The position numbers and the translations under genes were made by a program. The notes beneath the pieces were generated by a model, which was not told the DNA's origin, searched no databases, and worked only from the letters and a program-made list of their open reading frames with translations. Shown here piece after piece: positions 9,118 through 18,628 of a stretch of 64,000 bases of DNA (position 1 is its first letter; every line of letters starts with the position of its first letter). Source of the stretch: a virus; the IMG/VR virus record IMGVR_UViG_3300047554_000303, positions 1 to 64,000 of that record. The stretch is one strand, 5' to 3'.

Positions 9118-10407
9118 CTAATCTGCTCTGTATCTAATGATAACTACGCCTGAACCACCAGACGCACCGTTCTCTCCTCCACCAGCGCCACCGCCAGTAT
9201 TCGCGGTGCCATTTCCAGCGGGAAGTCCACTACCAAAGTTAGTTCCATTTCCTCCACCGCCAAGTCCACCAGCACCTGAGCTGTTTCCGCTGCTACCTCC
9301 GCCACCGCCAGCGTAGTAGGCTCCGCCCCAAAGTGCCCCCGCACCACCAGCACCACCAGCACCGAATGAGCCTGCGACACCTGCTGCACTTGCACCCCCA
9401 CCACCACCGCCAGCAGCTCTACCATCTCCGTAGGTGTAGCCATTCCCTCCAGAGTTACCTTGCCCCGTAGTTCCAGAACCAGCAGTTACGGTGTTACCGT
9501 TACCTCCGCCGCCGCCACCACCGCCAGAGCCTCCAGAGCCACCAGAAGCGGGAGTTAGTTGCCGAGTACCGCCATAGCCGCCGCCGATAGCAACGGACGA
9601 TAAAAAGGAACTGTTAGACCCAGACCTGCCTTGAGGAGAACCCTCAGTTGCGCCAGCAGCTCCTCCAGAGCCTACAATAACTGGAAAAGCGCCGCGTGAA
9701 AGCGGCACTCCTGAGACCGCTAGAAAACCGCCAGCTCCACCACCACCTGGAATGTGAAAGCCTGTTCCACCGCCACCAGCAACCACTAGGGCGTCTATCT
9801 CTAGTGGCTCCTGCGCAGAGAAGGTTCCTGAGCCAGTAAAAGTGTGTACCCAATAGCCATTTGCAAAGGTAATGTTGCCGCCAATAGCTTTAGGCTTTCC
9901 AATTGCAGCTGTACGATTAATCCCGTAAAGAGTTGCGGAGGAGCCTGCAGTGAAATTGGGACCTGTTAGCAAGTACAGAGTTAGGCTTGTAATAGCAGCA
10001 GTACTGCTCCATAATCCAGCTGTAATCTCTTGGTAAGAGTTAGTTGCGCTATTTTCCATTACAACATCAGCAGAGTAACTCTTGTTATTAGAGGATGTGT
10101 AATTAGGAATGTATACAGCTAAGTTACCAAACGTGGATGCAGTAGACGCCTCCGTAGGTACTGCGCCAATAAACCCAGCAGAGATTGTTCCAGAACCTGC
10201 ACTTTGGCCATTTCCATCTAAGTATCGGGTAGTCAAGTTAGCGTTACTACCGTTAAAATACAGCCTAATGTCGTCTACGTAAACAGACGGCCTGCTACTA
10301 CGGCCAGACACTACTAAGTACAAATCCGTAAATGTCTGTGGAATGTTACTGAAGGTAATGCTAGACGCCGCAGTTGGCAGTTCTCTATGCTCAATAAGTG
10401 TGTGCAT
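9118..10407 (-). CDS. Fibre protein: beta-sandwich domain plus glycine-rich domain
   Basis: ITFSNIPQTFTDL...ATLYGI plus Gly-rich domain ending GVVIIRY. Confidence 0.8.
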   Translation of the reverse strand: MHTLIEHRELPTAASSITFSNIPQTFTDLYLVVSGRSSRPSVYVDDIRLYFNGSNANLTTRYLDGNGQSAGSGTISAGFIGAVPTEASTASTFGNLAVYIPNYTSSNNKSYSADVVMENSATNSYQEITAGLWSSTAAITSLTLYLLTGPNFTAGSSATLYGINRTAAIGKPKAIGGNITFANGYWVHTFTGSGTFSAQEPLEIDALVVAGGGGTGFHIPGGGGAGGFLAVSGVPLSRGAFPVIVGSGGAAGATEGSPQGRSGSNSSFLSSVAIGGGYGGTRQLTPASGGSGGSGGGGGGGGNGNTVTAGSGTTGQGNSGGNGYTYGDGRAAGGGGGGASAAGVAGSFGAGGAGGAGALWGGAYYAGGGGGSSGNSSGAGGLGGGGNGTNFGSGLPAGNGTANTGGGAGGGENGASGGSGVVIIRYRAD

Positions 10408-10895
10408 TAGGCGTGTACTCCGTACAAATAGAAGGTACTACCAGCTGCCCAAGTTCCTGTTTGAACAAAGTTAACAGTAGTAATTGGGTCATTACTGTTG
10501 AATTTGTTCACTTGAGCGTGAACGTATCCTGATGTACCTGCGTTGTTTACTCGTAAAAGACATAGCTTGTTTTTATCAGAACGCGCATAGTCCATGACCT
10601 GCCAGATTAAATTAACATTGGACCCATTAGGGTCACCTACGTTATTACTGGTATCTACTTGGGGAATTGTAAACTGATTGCTTCCCGTAGAACTACCAGT
10701 GCCGTACATAGTTACTGACGAATAGCTACTGCTTGAAACGTTGTTAAACCTAAGCTGTGTGTACCCAGAGGGTATGTAGTTAGCTACTAAAACTAAGTCA
10801 CCGTAAATCTGAGGAATGTTGGAGAAAGTAACGCTAGAACTACTGGTAGCTAAAGTTACTTGATTTAAAGGTATGTAGGTAGGAGTTATGGGCAT
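10407..10895 (-). CDS. Fibre beta-sandwich subunit
   Basis: VTFSNIPQIYGDL...FYLYGV. Confidence 0.75.
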   Translation of the reverse strand: MPITPTYIPLNQVTLATSSSSVTFSNIPQIYGDLVLVANYIPSGYTQLRFNNVSSSSYSSVTMYGTGSSTGSNQFTIPQVDTSNNVGDPNGSNVNLIWQVMDYARSDKNKLCLLRVNNAGTSGYVHAQVNKFNSNDPITTVNFVQTGTWAAGSTFYLYGVHA

Positions 10896-10897
10896 AG

Positions 10898-11464
10898 TTA
10901 CCTCACCTTAAGACCGTAAAGAGAAAACCTAGACCCAGCCCCGTGATTCTGCCTAGTGTTGCTGTACGTGATAGACGTTATCGCTGCAGTGTTTTTCCAC
11001 AAAACTGAGCCAAAAAAGTTAGCTCCAGCTCCCGCAAGAGTGTTACCGCTTATTCCTTTAATAGTAGTAAATTTTCCTGTATTAAAGCAATCTAAAATGT
11101 CTATAACACTTACGTTGTCTCCAGCACTCCACTGGTAATTAATAGTCGGAGCAGCTGCGTTTCCTACACCGACTCCACCTCCAGTAGAGTACATGGAGTG
11201 AGAGTGGTAATTACTAGTAGTTGTGTCGCCATTTAACGTCAGGTAGTAGTCTCCGTAAGTGGAGTACCCAACCGCAGTAATTCGTAATTGAAAATGTTGG
11301 TAGTCCGAGTACCGAGATAGGTTAGTAAAGCTTACAGACGACGCAGCAGCGCCTAAACGCACAGTCTCTAGGTGGTGAAAGTAGTTGCTCTCGTAGTCAC
11401 CTAGAAGTGAAGTAACACTAGAAGGCTGGATGAGGCTAGATTGGGCAAGGCTTTTGACTGCCAT
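10898..11464 (-). CDS. Fibre beta-sandwich subunit
   Basis: YQHFQLRI...GSRFSLYGL. Confidence 0.75.
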   Translation of the reverse strand: MAVKSLAQSSLIQPSSVTSLLGDYESNYFHHLETVRLGAAASSVSFTNLSRYSDYQHFQLRITAVGYSTYGDYYLTLNGDTTTSNYHSHSMYSTGGGVGVGNAAAPTINYQWSAGDNVSVIDILDCFNTGKFTTIKGISGNTLAGAGANFFGSVLWKNTAAITSITYSNTRQNHGAGSRFSLYGLKVR

Positions 11465-11472
11465 TATGCCCC

Positions 11473-11799
11473 CTAAGCAGCGGTCTCTGAACCGAAGACG
11501 CTAAAGCTCAAGTTTGCAGTAGAGGCGTACACAGTGAGTACGTCAGAAGCGTCCATGGTGATGCCCGAAGTAATGGTGGTTGAGTCAGATGCACCGACAG
11601 TCACGTCATAAGCAATGTAGTGCTGGTTAGCTAGTGTCGCACCGTTAGGGCGCACTGCGATTCTGTAGGTCGCAGGGGCTGCTGAGCGGTTGCATACGAA
11701 GATGGTGGAGATTACCGTCTCAGTGCTGGCACCAACAGTGTAGATGTCGGTGTTGGTAGTGGCGCTCGGTGCGCTCTGTGCTAGTACTTTTACTGCCAT
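11473..11799 (-). CDS. Small beta-rich fibre adaptor protein
   Basis: KVLAQSAPSATTNTDIYTV...SFSVFGSE. Confidence 0.65.
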   Translation of the reverse strand: MAVKVLAQSAPSATTNTDIYTVGASTETVISTIFVCNRSAAPATYRIAVRPNGATLANQHYIAYDVTVGASDSTTITSGITMDASDVLTVYASTANLSFSVFGSETAA

Positions 11800-11800
11800 T

Positions 11801-12103
11801 CTAAGCTCCCATCAAGAGAAAGATTTGTTTGGTTGGGTCAGCCGCTGCTGTGCCATTGACCCAGTTAGTTCCGTTGTAGGTAAGTACCTGGCCACTAGTA
11901 GCAGAGGTGATTACAACATCACCTACGTTATCAAGCGCCTCTAGGTTTCCGAAGTATGAAAGTGAGTTCCATGCGGTGGAACCATTCCCCAGCTTCACTT
12001 TGCCAGTGTTGGTCTCTAGACCCCACTCACCAGCTGCAAGGGTAGGGTTAGCGGTGGTCCACTGTGTGGCTGTACCACGTCTAATCTGAATTTTAGTTGG
12101 CAT
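11801..12103 (-). CDS. Mtd-N domain fibre anchor
   Basis: IQIRRGTATQWTTANPTLAAGEWGLETNTGK; C-terminal IFLLMGA. Confidence 0.75.
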   Translation of the reverse strand: MPTKIQIRRGTATQWTTANPTLAAGEWGLETNTGKVKLGNGSTAWNSLSYFGNLEALDNVGDVVITSATSGQVLTYNGTNWVNGTAAADPTKQIFLLMGA

Positions 12104-13179
12104 TAGAAACTACTCGCATCTCCACCGTCAATTGCGTCCCCAGTATAGATAGAGCTAGGGTCGCCTCCGTCAATTGTACTAGTAACAGGGGCAGGTCCGT
12201 TTACCCAAAGTCCACTAGTTGATTCATAAACAAGAATCTCTCCGTCAGCCACGTTAGTGATTCCCACATTGTGCAGTTCTTCTAGCTCAAAGCCATTCTG
12301 CACATTGACGAAGATTTCTCCATTAATGGCGTTAACTCTGGTGACAACTCCAATAGATACCATGTGATTAGGAGCAACAGGTTTGTTTGCTACACCAAAT
12401 AGTAGCTGCCCTGAAGTTCCCAGCCAAACAGGGTCTCCTGCAGTTGCTGTAGAGGTATCTAAACCTGCAATAAGCCCCTCAGTAACCACGAACCCGATTG
12501 TGTTGTTCACTAGTTCTTGAGTAAGAACTCCTAGAGTTTTGCTAGCGGTTAACTCTCCGTCGTTAGAGGCATACGACACCAGCATGTTAGTGCCGTTTGC
12601 ACCTGAGACGTAAACTGCACGTCCCTTGGCCAGAGTGCTACCAGTAGAGTTTTTTACTAGGTGCTTTACCTGAGAGGTGTAGTTCTCAATCCAAGTGGTG
12701 TCGTAGTCGTCATCAGACGCCTTAGCAAGGATGTACCCCTCTAGACCACCCGTAGGAACACCTGCAGCGCCACCAGTAGTTGGGTCTACCCAAAAACCAT
12801 CGTAGTATACGTATATAACACCTTCGGCTGTACTAAACCATACGTCACCAACAGTGGGGTTAGCAGGAGCAGTCTCAGAGACGATGTAGCCGCCGCTGTT
12901 GTCTCCAACTTCTACCCAGAAGCTGTCGTAGTAGATGTAGCTTTTAGCTGTAGTTGAGTCAAACCAGTAAGTGCCTTCGTCAGGGTTTGCTGGGGCAGTG
13001 TCAGAGACAACTACGCCTCCGCCACCACCGCCAGAACCCTGTGCGATAACCCACGTCGTCCCATCATGAACGTAGATTTTCGACTCATCTGATTTAAAGA
13101 AGAGGTCACCAGCCGCTCCCGCAGATGGCAGGCTCGTGCCACTGGGGAGTCGGGGAGGGGTGAGGAATCTTCTTGACAA
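12103..13179 (-). CDS. Fibre/whisker structural protein with repeated SDTAP...WF...YYDSFWV modules
   Basis: Two tandem VSxTAPANP..WF..YxYYDxFWV repeats. Confidence 0.65.
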   Translation of the reverse strand: MSRRFLTPPRLPSGTSLPSAGAAGDLFFKSDESKIYVHDGTTWVIAQGSGGGGGGVVVSDTAPANPDEGTYWFDSTTAKSYIYYDSFWVEVGDNSGGYIVSETAPANPTVGDVWFSTAEGVIYVYYDGFWVDPTTGGAAGVPTGGLEGYILAKASDDDYDTTWIENYTSQVKHLVKNSTGSTLAKGRAVYVSGANGTNMLVSYASNDGELTASKTLGVLTQELVNNTIGFVVTEGLIAGLDTSTATAGDPVWLGTSGQLLFGVANKPVAPNHMVSIGVVTRVNAINGEIFVNVQNGFELEELHNVGITNVADGEILVYESTSGLWVNGPAPVTSTIDGGDPSSIYTGDAIDGGDASSF

Positions 13180-13189
13180 TTAACTATCC

Positions 13190-14623
13190 TTAGCCGATTA
13201 CTACTACTCGGTAGCTGTCTGCAGCTACGTTAGCGCCTGCTACCCATGAAAGGGTAACAACCGAGGTAGAAGTGCGAACTACATCGACCTCAACGTCAGC
13301 ATCGGTAGCTAGGTCGTAAACCTGTACGGTTACGTCCTTGGTGCCTAGGTTGTGGGTTACAGCCCAGGTAACGATGCCAGAAGAAGGTACTAGCAGCTCG
13401 TTGCTTGCTGCGTAGCGGGTCATGAATCCTAGGTTGGTCTTCGCACCAGCTGCAGTGGTAGCCCCAGTACCACCGTTGCCCACAGCAATAGTGGAACCAT
13501 TCCAGGTACCAGTAGTAATGGTTCCTAGAGTAGTGATAGAGGTCTGACCAACATAGGTAGAAGCAATGTCAATGCTGTCTGCGTTTACGGTGATGCGGTC
13601 TGCAGTGCCTACTGCGTTGAGGGTGTTACCAGTCTTGGTTAGACCGTCACCAGCGACAATCTGGCCAGCACCTGAGAACTGAGCAAAAGTAAGCGCAGTA
13701 GTTCCTAGGGTGATAGTGTCGTTGGTGGTTAGCACCCAGCCAGAGTCAGCGTTTACAGTACCCTCAGATACGAAGGTGAACATACCCGCAGTAACTTCAG
13801 CAGAGCTGTTGGCGTCATCTGTGCGAGTGAAGGTAAAGTACCCTCCAGAGCCTAGAGTGCCGTTAAGAACAGCTCGCCAGATACCGTTTTCTGAAGCCGT
13901 GGTCTGGTTTTTGACAAGGATACGGTCGCCATTAGCAAGAGTTACGCCATCAATCGTGTAGATTGAGGTACCAGAGCTAGTTAGGTTGTCTAGGTTTTCG
14001 GTAGTAGCTACACGAACAGACTGCTTGACGTCTAAACCAGACCGAGCTGCGTCAACATATGCCTTGGTAGCAGCGTCTTGTGGGTCTACTGGGTCAGCTA
14101 GGCTAACAATCTTCTGGCTGTTCATAGAGAACGACGCAGAAGGTGCAGTCAAGTCATTGACGCTATTGCTGTCAAGGATAATCTCGCCGTTAGCGTTTGG
14201 CACGGTGATGGTGTAGTTGCTTAGGGGGCTACCAAAGTCCAGAACAGTCTGTCCAAGAGGACCATTCAGGAACTTGATGTCTCCAGTTAGGCTGACATCA
14301 CCAGTAAAGCTTGGAGAAGACAGAGGGGCCTTCTCGCTTAGCTGAGTCTGAATGTTAGAGCTAACACCGTCTAGGTAGTTAAGCTCAGTGGTGCTGATGG
14401 TAGCGCCATCAAGGATGTTAATCTCATCTGCAGATGCAGTAACGCCGTTTAGACCAACAGCCTCAAAAGCAGTGCCGTTGTAGACGCGCATCTCATTGAG
14501 AGAAGTATTGAAGTAAATCTGACCCAGTACAGGGTTAGAAGGGTCATTCGCCAGATTCTGAATCCTGGCGTTTAGCAGCTCATTCTTGTTAAGATTGAGC
14601 CCAGTTAGAAACTGACGAGCCAT
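13190..14623 (-). CDS. Virion fibre/collar structural protein
   Basis: KIVSLADPVDPQDAATKAYVD and DRILVKNQTTASENGIW motifs common in phage fibre proteins. Confidence 0.7.
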   Translation of the reverse strand: MARQFLTGLNLNKNELLNARIQNLANDPSNPVLGQIYFNTSLNEMRVYNGTAFEAVGLNGVTASADEINILDGATISTTELNYLDGVSSNIQTQLSEKAPLSSPSFTGDVSLTGDIKFLNGPLGQTVLDFGSPLSNYTITVPNANGEIILDSNSVNDLTAPSASFSMNSQKIVSLADPVDPQDAATKAYVDAARSGLDVKQSVRVATTENLDNLTSSGTSIYTIDGVTLANGDRILVKNQTTASENGIWRAVLNGTLGSGGYFTFTRTDDANSSAEVTAGMFTFVSEGTVNADSGWVLTTNDTITLGTTALTFAQFSGAGQIVAGDGLTKTGNTLNAVGTADRITVNADSIDIASTYVGQTSITTLGTITTGTWNGSTIAVGNGGTGATTAAGAKTNLGFMTRYAASNELLVPSSGIVTWAVTHNLGTKDVTVQVYDLATDADVEVDVVRTSTSVVTLSWVAGANVAADSYRVVVIG

Positions 14624-14632
14624 TTAATTTCC

Positions 14633-14935
14633 TTAGGATAGTTGTGCAATGCCCGACATGGGGGACGAGAACTGCAGGGTTAGTTGGTTAATGCTGTTGT
14701 GGATAATGTGGCCTTCCACAACGTCGCCCGCACTGTCAAAGACAGTGACGTTTGGCTTGAACCCAAGATTGTGCGTAACTACCCACTGGTTAGAGGCTGC
14801 GCTCTGAGAGTGAGTGTATGAGACGAGTGGTATGATTTGTTTTGCGCTTACTCTCTGCGGAACCGCAGGGAGAAAATCTACATCTACTACAGGATACAGT
14901 GGGTCAACGTTAGTCTCGGGGTAAAAGCCACTCAT
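14633..14935 (-). CDS. Small virion structural protein
   Basis: WVVTHNLGFKPNVTV motif, shared with the C-terminus of 13190-14623. Confidence 0.6.
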   Translation of the reverse strand: MSGFYPETNVDPLYPVVDVDFLPAVPQRVSAKQIIPLVSYTHSQSAASNQWVVTHNLGFKPNVTVFDSAGDVVEGHIIHNSINQLTLQFSSPMSGIAQLS

Positions 14936-15993
14936 AGTACCGCTGTTCCTACTCTGTCGGTGAAGAAGTTTCCACCAAGAATCTCCGTTGGAGTGGTGTC
15001 GTCTTCGTCATCCTTAATTGCAATAGACCAGTATGTTCTACGTGCAATACGTCTGGTCTGGTCTTCAGTAAGCGACATCTCAATAGTGAACGTGCCATCT
15101 TCGTTGTCAGTTACTGTGAAGGTAAAGTTCTGAGCGACCATTACACTGCCACGCTGTGGAAGAAGGCGTACTGCAAAGAGGGCGTCCTCGTAGTCTCCAG
15201 TAACAGTGAGGGTGTGGGTAAACGCACGGCCTTGGTAAGCGGTGAGGTCTCCGCCTTCGGTAGGCCATGCAGTAGGGGCATCGCCGTAAGTAGGCATCGG
15301 CAATTCCACACGCTGTGGGTAAGACCTGTCGTCCACTTCTTGTGGGCGGTAAACAGGTACGTAACGGTTGGTGGTCTTGCTGATTCGACGGAAGGTGAAC
15401 ACGTCGATGCTGTACATACCGATGCCCAGCTGAGTACACAGCTCGCGGTACTGCTCCTTGCGGGAGTCAATCATCTCCATGAGCTGGCGGTAACGCTCAG
15501 AACGTGGGATAGTGACGCCGTCTGGGGCGAAAACGTTGATGTCGAAGGAAGCGTCAGTAGCAAGGGTGTAAAGAGCTAGGGTCGTTGCGTATAGCGCAAC
15601 AGGGTACTCTTCGATACTAGGCAAGTTAGCCACAGTAATCTTACGCCCTAGGGAGTCAGTGTCACGACCTGCGTGCTGCTCTAGAGCGCTAGTGACAATG
15701 TTCTCTAGCTCACGAGTGGTGAAATACCTGTAGTAGTTACCCGTTACCGTAAACTCATCGTCAATCTCAGGCAGGTCATCTAGAACCATTACGCCTGTCT
15801 GCTCTTCAATCTCCACAGTGTCGGAGATGTCCACACCGTTCTTAAATACGGTCACCTGAGGGGCGTCTACTGGGGCGTAGTTTAGGCGGTAACGGTTAGT
15901 TGAAATGTCAGACTGAAACTGAGTCACGAATGATTTGGGTAGGTCACCAAGCTCAAAGCGTACCCGCTCTACAAGCGAAGACAGAGTGGCCAC
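14932..15993 (-). CDS. Putative head-to-tail adaptor/neck protein
   Basis: Position just downstream of the capsid genes; LVERVRFELGD N-terminus typical of adaptors. Confidence 0.5.
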   Translation of the reverse strand: MATLSSLVERVRFELGDLPKSFVTQFQSDISTNRYRLNYAPVDAPQVTVFKNGVDISDTVEIEEQTGVMVLDDLPEIDDEFTVTGNYYRYFTTRELENIVTSALEQHAGRDTDSLGRKITVANLPSIEEYPVALYATTLALYTLATDASFDINVFAPDGVTIPRSERYRQLMEMIDSRKEQYRELCTQLGIGMYSIDVFTFRRISKTTNRYVPVYRPQEVDDRSYPQRVELPMPTYGDAPTAWPTEGGDLTAYQGRAFTHTLTVTGDYEDALFAVRLLPQRGSVMVAQNFTFTVTDNEDGTFTIEMSLTEDQTRRIARRTYWSIAIKDDEDDTTPTEILGGNFFTDRVGTAVL

Positions 15994-16052
15994 AAAACCT
16001 CCGTAAAATTTCTATCTCTATGTTCCCTTATTATGAGGATAAATACAGCGCA

Positions 16053-16103
16053 AACGAGAAAGCCCGCTCCGCTGGGAGGAGGGCGGGAACCAGCGAAGCG
16101 GGC
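16053..16103 (-). terminator. Terminator-like hairpin with a pyrimidine-rich (anti-SD-like) loop
   Basis: GCCCGCTTCGCTGG-loop TTCCCGCCCTCCTC-CCAGCGGAGCGGGC followed by TTTCTCGTT. Confidence 0.65.
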
Positions 16104-16118
16104 AGCTTATTGAGCGAC

Positions 16119-16493
16119 TTAGTTAGGTCGCCAAATGTAGCCGAGACCCTCTAGGTAGTCTGCGAGGTCTCGTGGGACGGAGTACTTAACACCGCTCTTA
16201 AAGGTGTAAGTGTTTCCGACGCCATAGGTCATGTCTTCGATGTCAGCGATGGTACGGATAACAACCATGTCGTTACCGTTTACTGATACACCGACCTCTT
16301 CAATCTCGTCAATGAGAAGGGGCTGGTCTGGCTTCTTCGGGTCAAATACCTGAGTCTCCAAAGCCTCTTGCTCAGCCTGACGAGTGAGAGAAATCTCTGC
16401 TTCACGCTTCTTTAGCTCAGCTGCGCGGGCCTTTGCAGCATCCTCTGCTGCCTTGCCAGTTGCGTCCAATGGACTTGTCTTTTGTGTTGCCAC
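16119..16493 (-). CDS. Capsid-operon hypothetical protein
   Basis: Probable GTG start at 16493 with AGGAG RBS. Confidence 0.7.
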   Translation of the reverse strand: MATQKTSPLDATGKAAEDAAKARAAELKKREAEISLTRQAEQEALETQVFDPKKPDQPLLIDEIEEVGVSVNGNDMVVIRTIADIEDMTYGVGNTYTFKSGVKYSVPRDLADYLEGLGYIWRPN

Positions 16494-16525
16494 GTTGTTT
16501 ATTCTCCTAGTGTTGGATGTTTGTG

Positions 16526-16569
16526 TTGGGTGGGGGCACAGCTCCGTCCGAAGCAACGCCCCCACCCAA
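16526..16569 (-). terminator. Strong hairpin after the major capsid gene
   Basis: TTGGGTGGGGGC...GCCCCCACCCAA inverted repeat. Confidence 0.55.
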
Positions 16570-16581
16570 GGTTTTTAGCTA

Positions 16582-17694
16582 TTACGCGGTGTATACCTTG
16601 ACAATAGCCTGGTCGGTGATAACACCTAGACCCCAGATGGCGTACCATGCTAGTGCGTGCTCACGACCGAAGTCTAGAACACCACCGTCACGGAGCTCAA
16701 CTGGTAGGGAGATTGCGTGACCAAATGCGTTGTCACCAATCATGATGGACTCGTAAACGTCAGTTGCAGTGGTGCCAGTTGGGGCAGTTGCGCCTGGGTT
16801 CTCTGGGTTTCCACCAGAACCAGGAGCGGTGTTTGCCTTTACTGGAGCAGACCAGTAGTCGCTTGGAGCGCCTACCTGCGAGCTGTAGTTTACAGCGGTA
16901 CCCTGGGCAAGCTTCTTCACCTGAGTGGTCTCAATGAAGACTACGTCGTATAGACGACCAATCTCACCGAGCATGAAGTTACCTGGAGCAGCGTACTTGG
17001 TAACTTCGATGAACTCTGGGTTCGAACGAAGGTCACGAGACTGCTTAGGGTGGATGAACTGAACGTAGGTCTCACCTAGTCTTGGGATGTTCTTGGAAGC
17101 CAAGGTTAGAGCGGCATCCTTGATAGCACCAGTGGTGAGCTTGTGGTTGGCGGAAACGCCAGCGATAGAGGTAGCTGCGCTGCCCTCATCGTAGTTGGTG
17201 AACGCGCCACCAGAGATACCTGAGCGGTCGTAACCGAATACTGCAGAAGTTGCAGCAGACAGGGTGTTACGCGCCTGTAGGTCTAGGTACTGTGCCATGT
17301 GGCGTCCTAGAAGACGGGAAGCCGAAGCCATTACGTCGTCGAAGGAAGCGTTTAGCAGCAGCTCTGATACGGCAGTTGCGTAACCGTGCTCAGCAACGGT
17401 GATAGCAATCTGCTCTGCAGTCAGAGAGTTGGTGGTCATACGTACACCTTCGGTCAGTGGGGTTGGGTCCACTGCGAAGTTCTTGTAGCGAAGGAAGTTG
17501 ACACGAAGACCAGGAGCTACACCGAGCTCGGTCTTCTTGACAGCAAACTGCTCAAAGCGAAGAATTGGCATCGCCTGGAACAGAATTTCCTTCGACCAGA
17601 TGGTTTGAATAGCCTGGGACAGCTGGGTGTTAGAACCCGAGTACGCGGTAGGCGCGGACGCTAGCTGACCAGTACCAGTAATACCTGAAGCCAT
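16582..17694 (-). CDS. Major capsid protein, N4-gp56 family
   Basis: IHPKQSRDLRS..F, GEIGRLYDVVFIET and DFGREHALAWYAIWG motifs; follows scaffold and portal. Confidence 0.9.
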   Translation of the reverse strand: MASGITGTGQLASAPTAYSGSNTQLSQAIQTIWSKEILFQAMPILRFEQFAVKKTELGVAPGLRVNFLRYKNFAVDPTPLTEGVRMTTNSLTAEQIAITVAEHGYATAVSELLLNASFDDVMASASRLLGRHMAQYLDLQARNTLSAATSAVFGYDRSGISGGAFTNYDEGSAATSIAGVSANHKLTTGAIKDAALTLASKNIPRLGETYVQFIHPKQSRDLRSNPEFIEVTKYAAPGNFMLGEIGRLYDVVFIETTQVKKLAQGTAVNYSSQVGAPSDYWSAPVKANTAPGSGGNPENPGATAPTGTTATDVYESIMIGDNAFGHAISLPVELRDGGVLDFGREHALAWYAIWGLGVITDQAIVKVYTA

Positions 17695-17730
17695 AGTGGT
17701 TCAAGTCCTTTCGGTCGTTAGATTGGTTGA

Positions 17731-18528
17731 TTAGTTGTTGAACAAACCCTGTCCACGGTTGTTGCCTGTGCCAAGAAGTTTGGCTCTATTCTTCGCGTAG
17801 TCAGCCATTGACATGTCTTTAATACTGTCAGGGGTAAACGAACGTTGCTCCGAGTCATTATCCAGGGGTCCTGAGGCAGGTACGGTTACCCGTGCTCCTA
17901 CCATGTCTTTTCTAGTCTGCACACTAGCTTGTGCGACAGAGTCGAAAATCTTTGCAGATTTGTCTTTCAACGCCGAGATGCTCTGCTCAATCTCATCCTC
18001 GGAGTTGCCCTGAATCATGTCGATTAGTTCAGGGATGATGTTGTCGCGCTCCTGCTCCAGTCTTGCCTGGCGATACTGCATCAGGGCCTGGAAGCGACGC
18101 TCTTGCTCTAGGAGGGCAAATGCCTTTTCACGCTCAAGACGCTCGGCCTCAAGCTGGGACTGCCACTCTTGCTCCTTAAGTTGAAGCAGCTGGCGAACCT
18201 CTAGTTCTGCTTCTTCTTCTTCCTTCTTCTTCTTAGCTGCCTCGGCTTCGCGCTTCTTGCGCTCTTCCTTACGGCGAGCCTCTTCAGCTTCGCGTTCCTG
18301 CTCACGCTGCTTGAGAAGGGTTAGTTCCTCTTTTAGCTTCTCTACCTGTGGGTAAAGCTTCTCTTTCTCCTGCGCACGTGCCTTAGCAATGTCGTCTGCA
18401 GTGAAAAGGTTGCTTGCCACCTCAGGAGTCTCCGCCTCGTTGGTTGTGATTTCAGCCTCGTTAAGTTCTGGGGCCTGCGTAGTTTCGTCCATAAATGTAC
18501 TCTTTTCGTTGACTTGGTCGTTTTCCAT
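17731..18528 (-). CDS. Capsid scaffolding protein
   Basis: Coiled-coil, charged; lies between portal and major capsid. Confidence 0.75.
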   Translation of the reverse strand: MENDQVNEKSTFMDETTQAPELNEAEITTNEAETPEVASNLFTADDIAKARAQEKEKLYPQVEKLKEELTLLKQREQEREAEEARRKEERKKREAEAAKKKKEEEEAELEVRQLLQLKEQEWQSQLEAERLEREKAFALLEQERRFQALMQYRQARLEQERDNIIPELIDMIQGNSEDEIEQSISALKDKSAKIFDSVAQASVQTRKDMVGARVTVPASGPLDNDSEQRSFTPDSIKDMSMADYAKNRAKLLGTGNNRGQGLFNN

Positions 18529-18628
18529 ATAAGTAGCTCGTTGACCGTTCCTATTACGTAACTAGTTTTTAGTATTTTCAACTAATTCGGTATCTAAACC
18601 AAATTAATTCCACGAAATTCGTATAAAA

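Noticed and set aside
1190-12103. Diversity-generating retroelement suggested by Mtd-N domains
   Set aside because: No reverse transcriptase and no template/variable repeat pair differing at adenines in this window.
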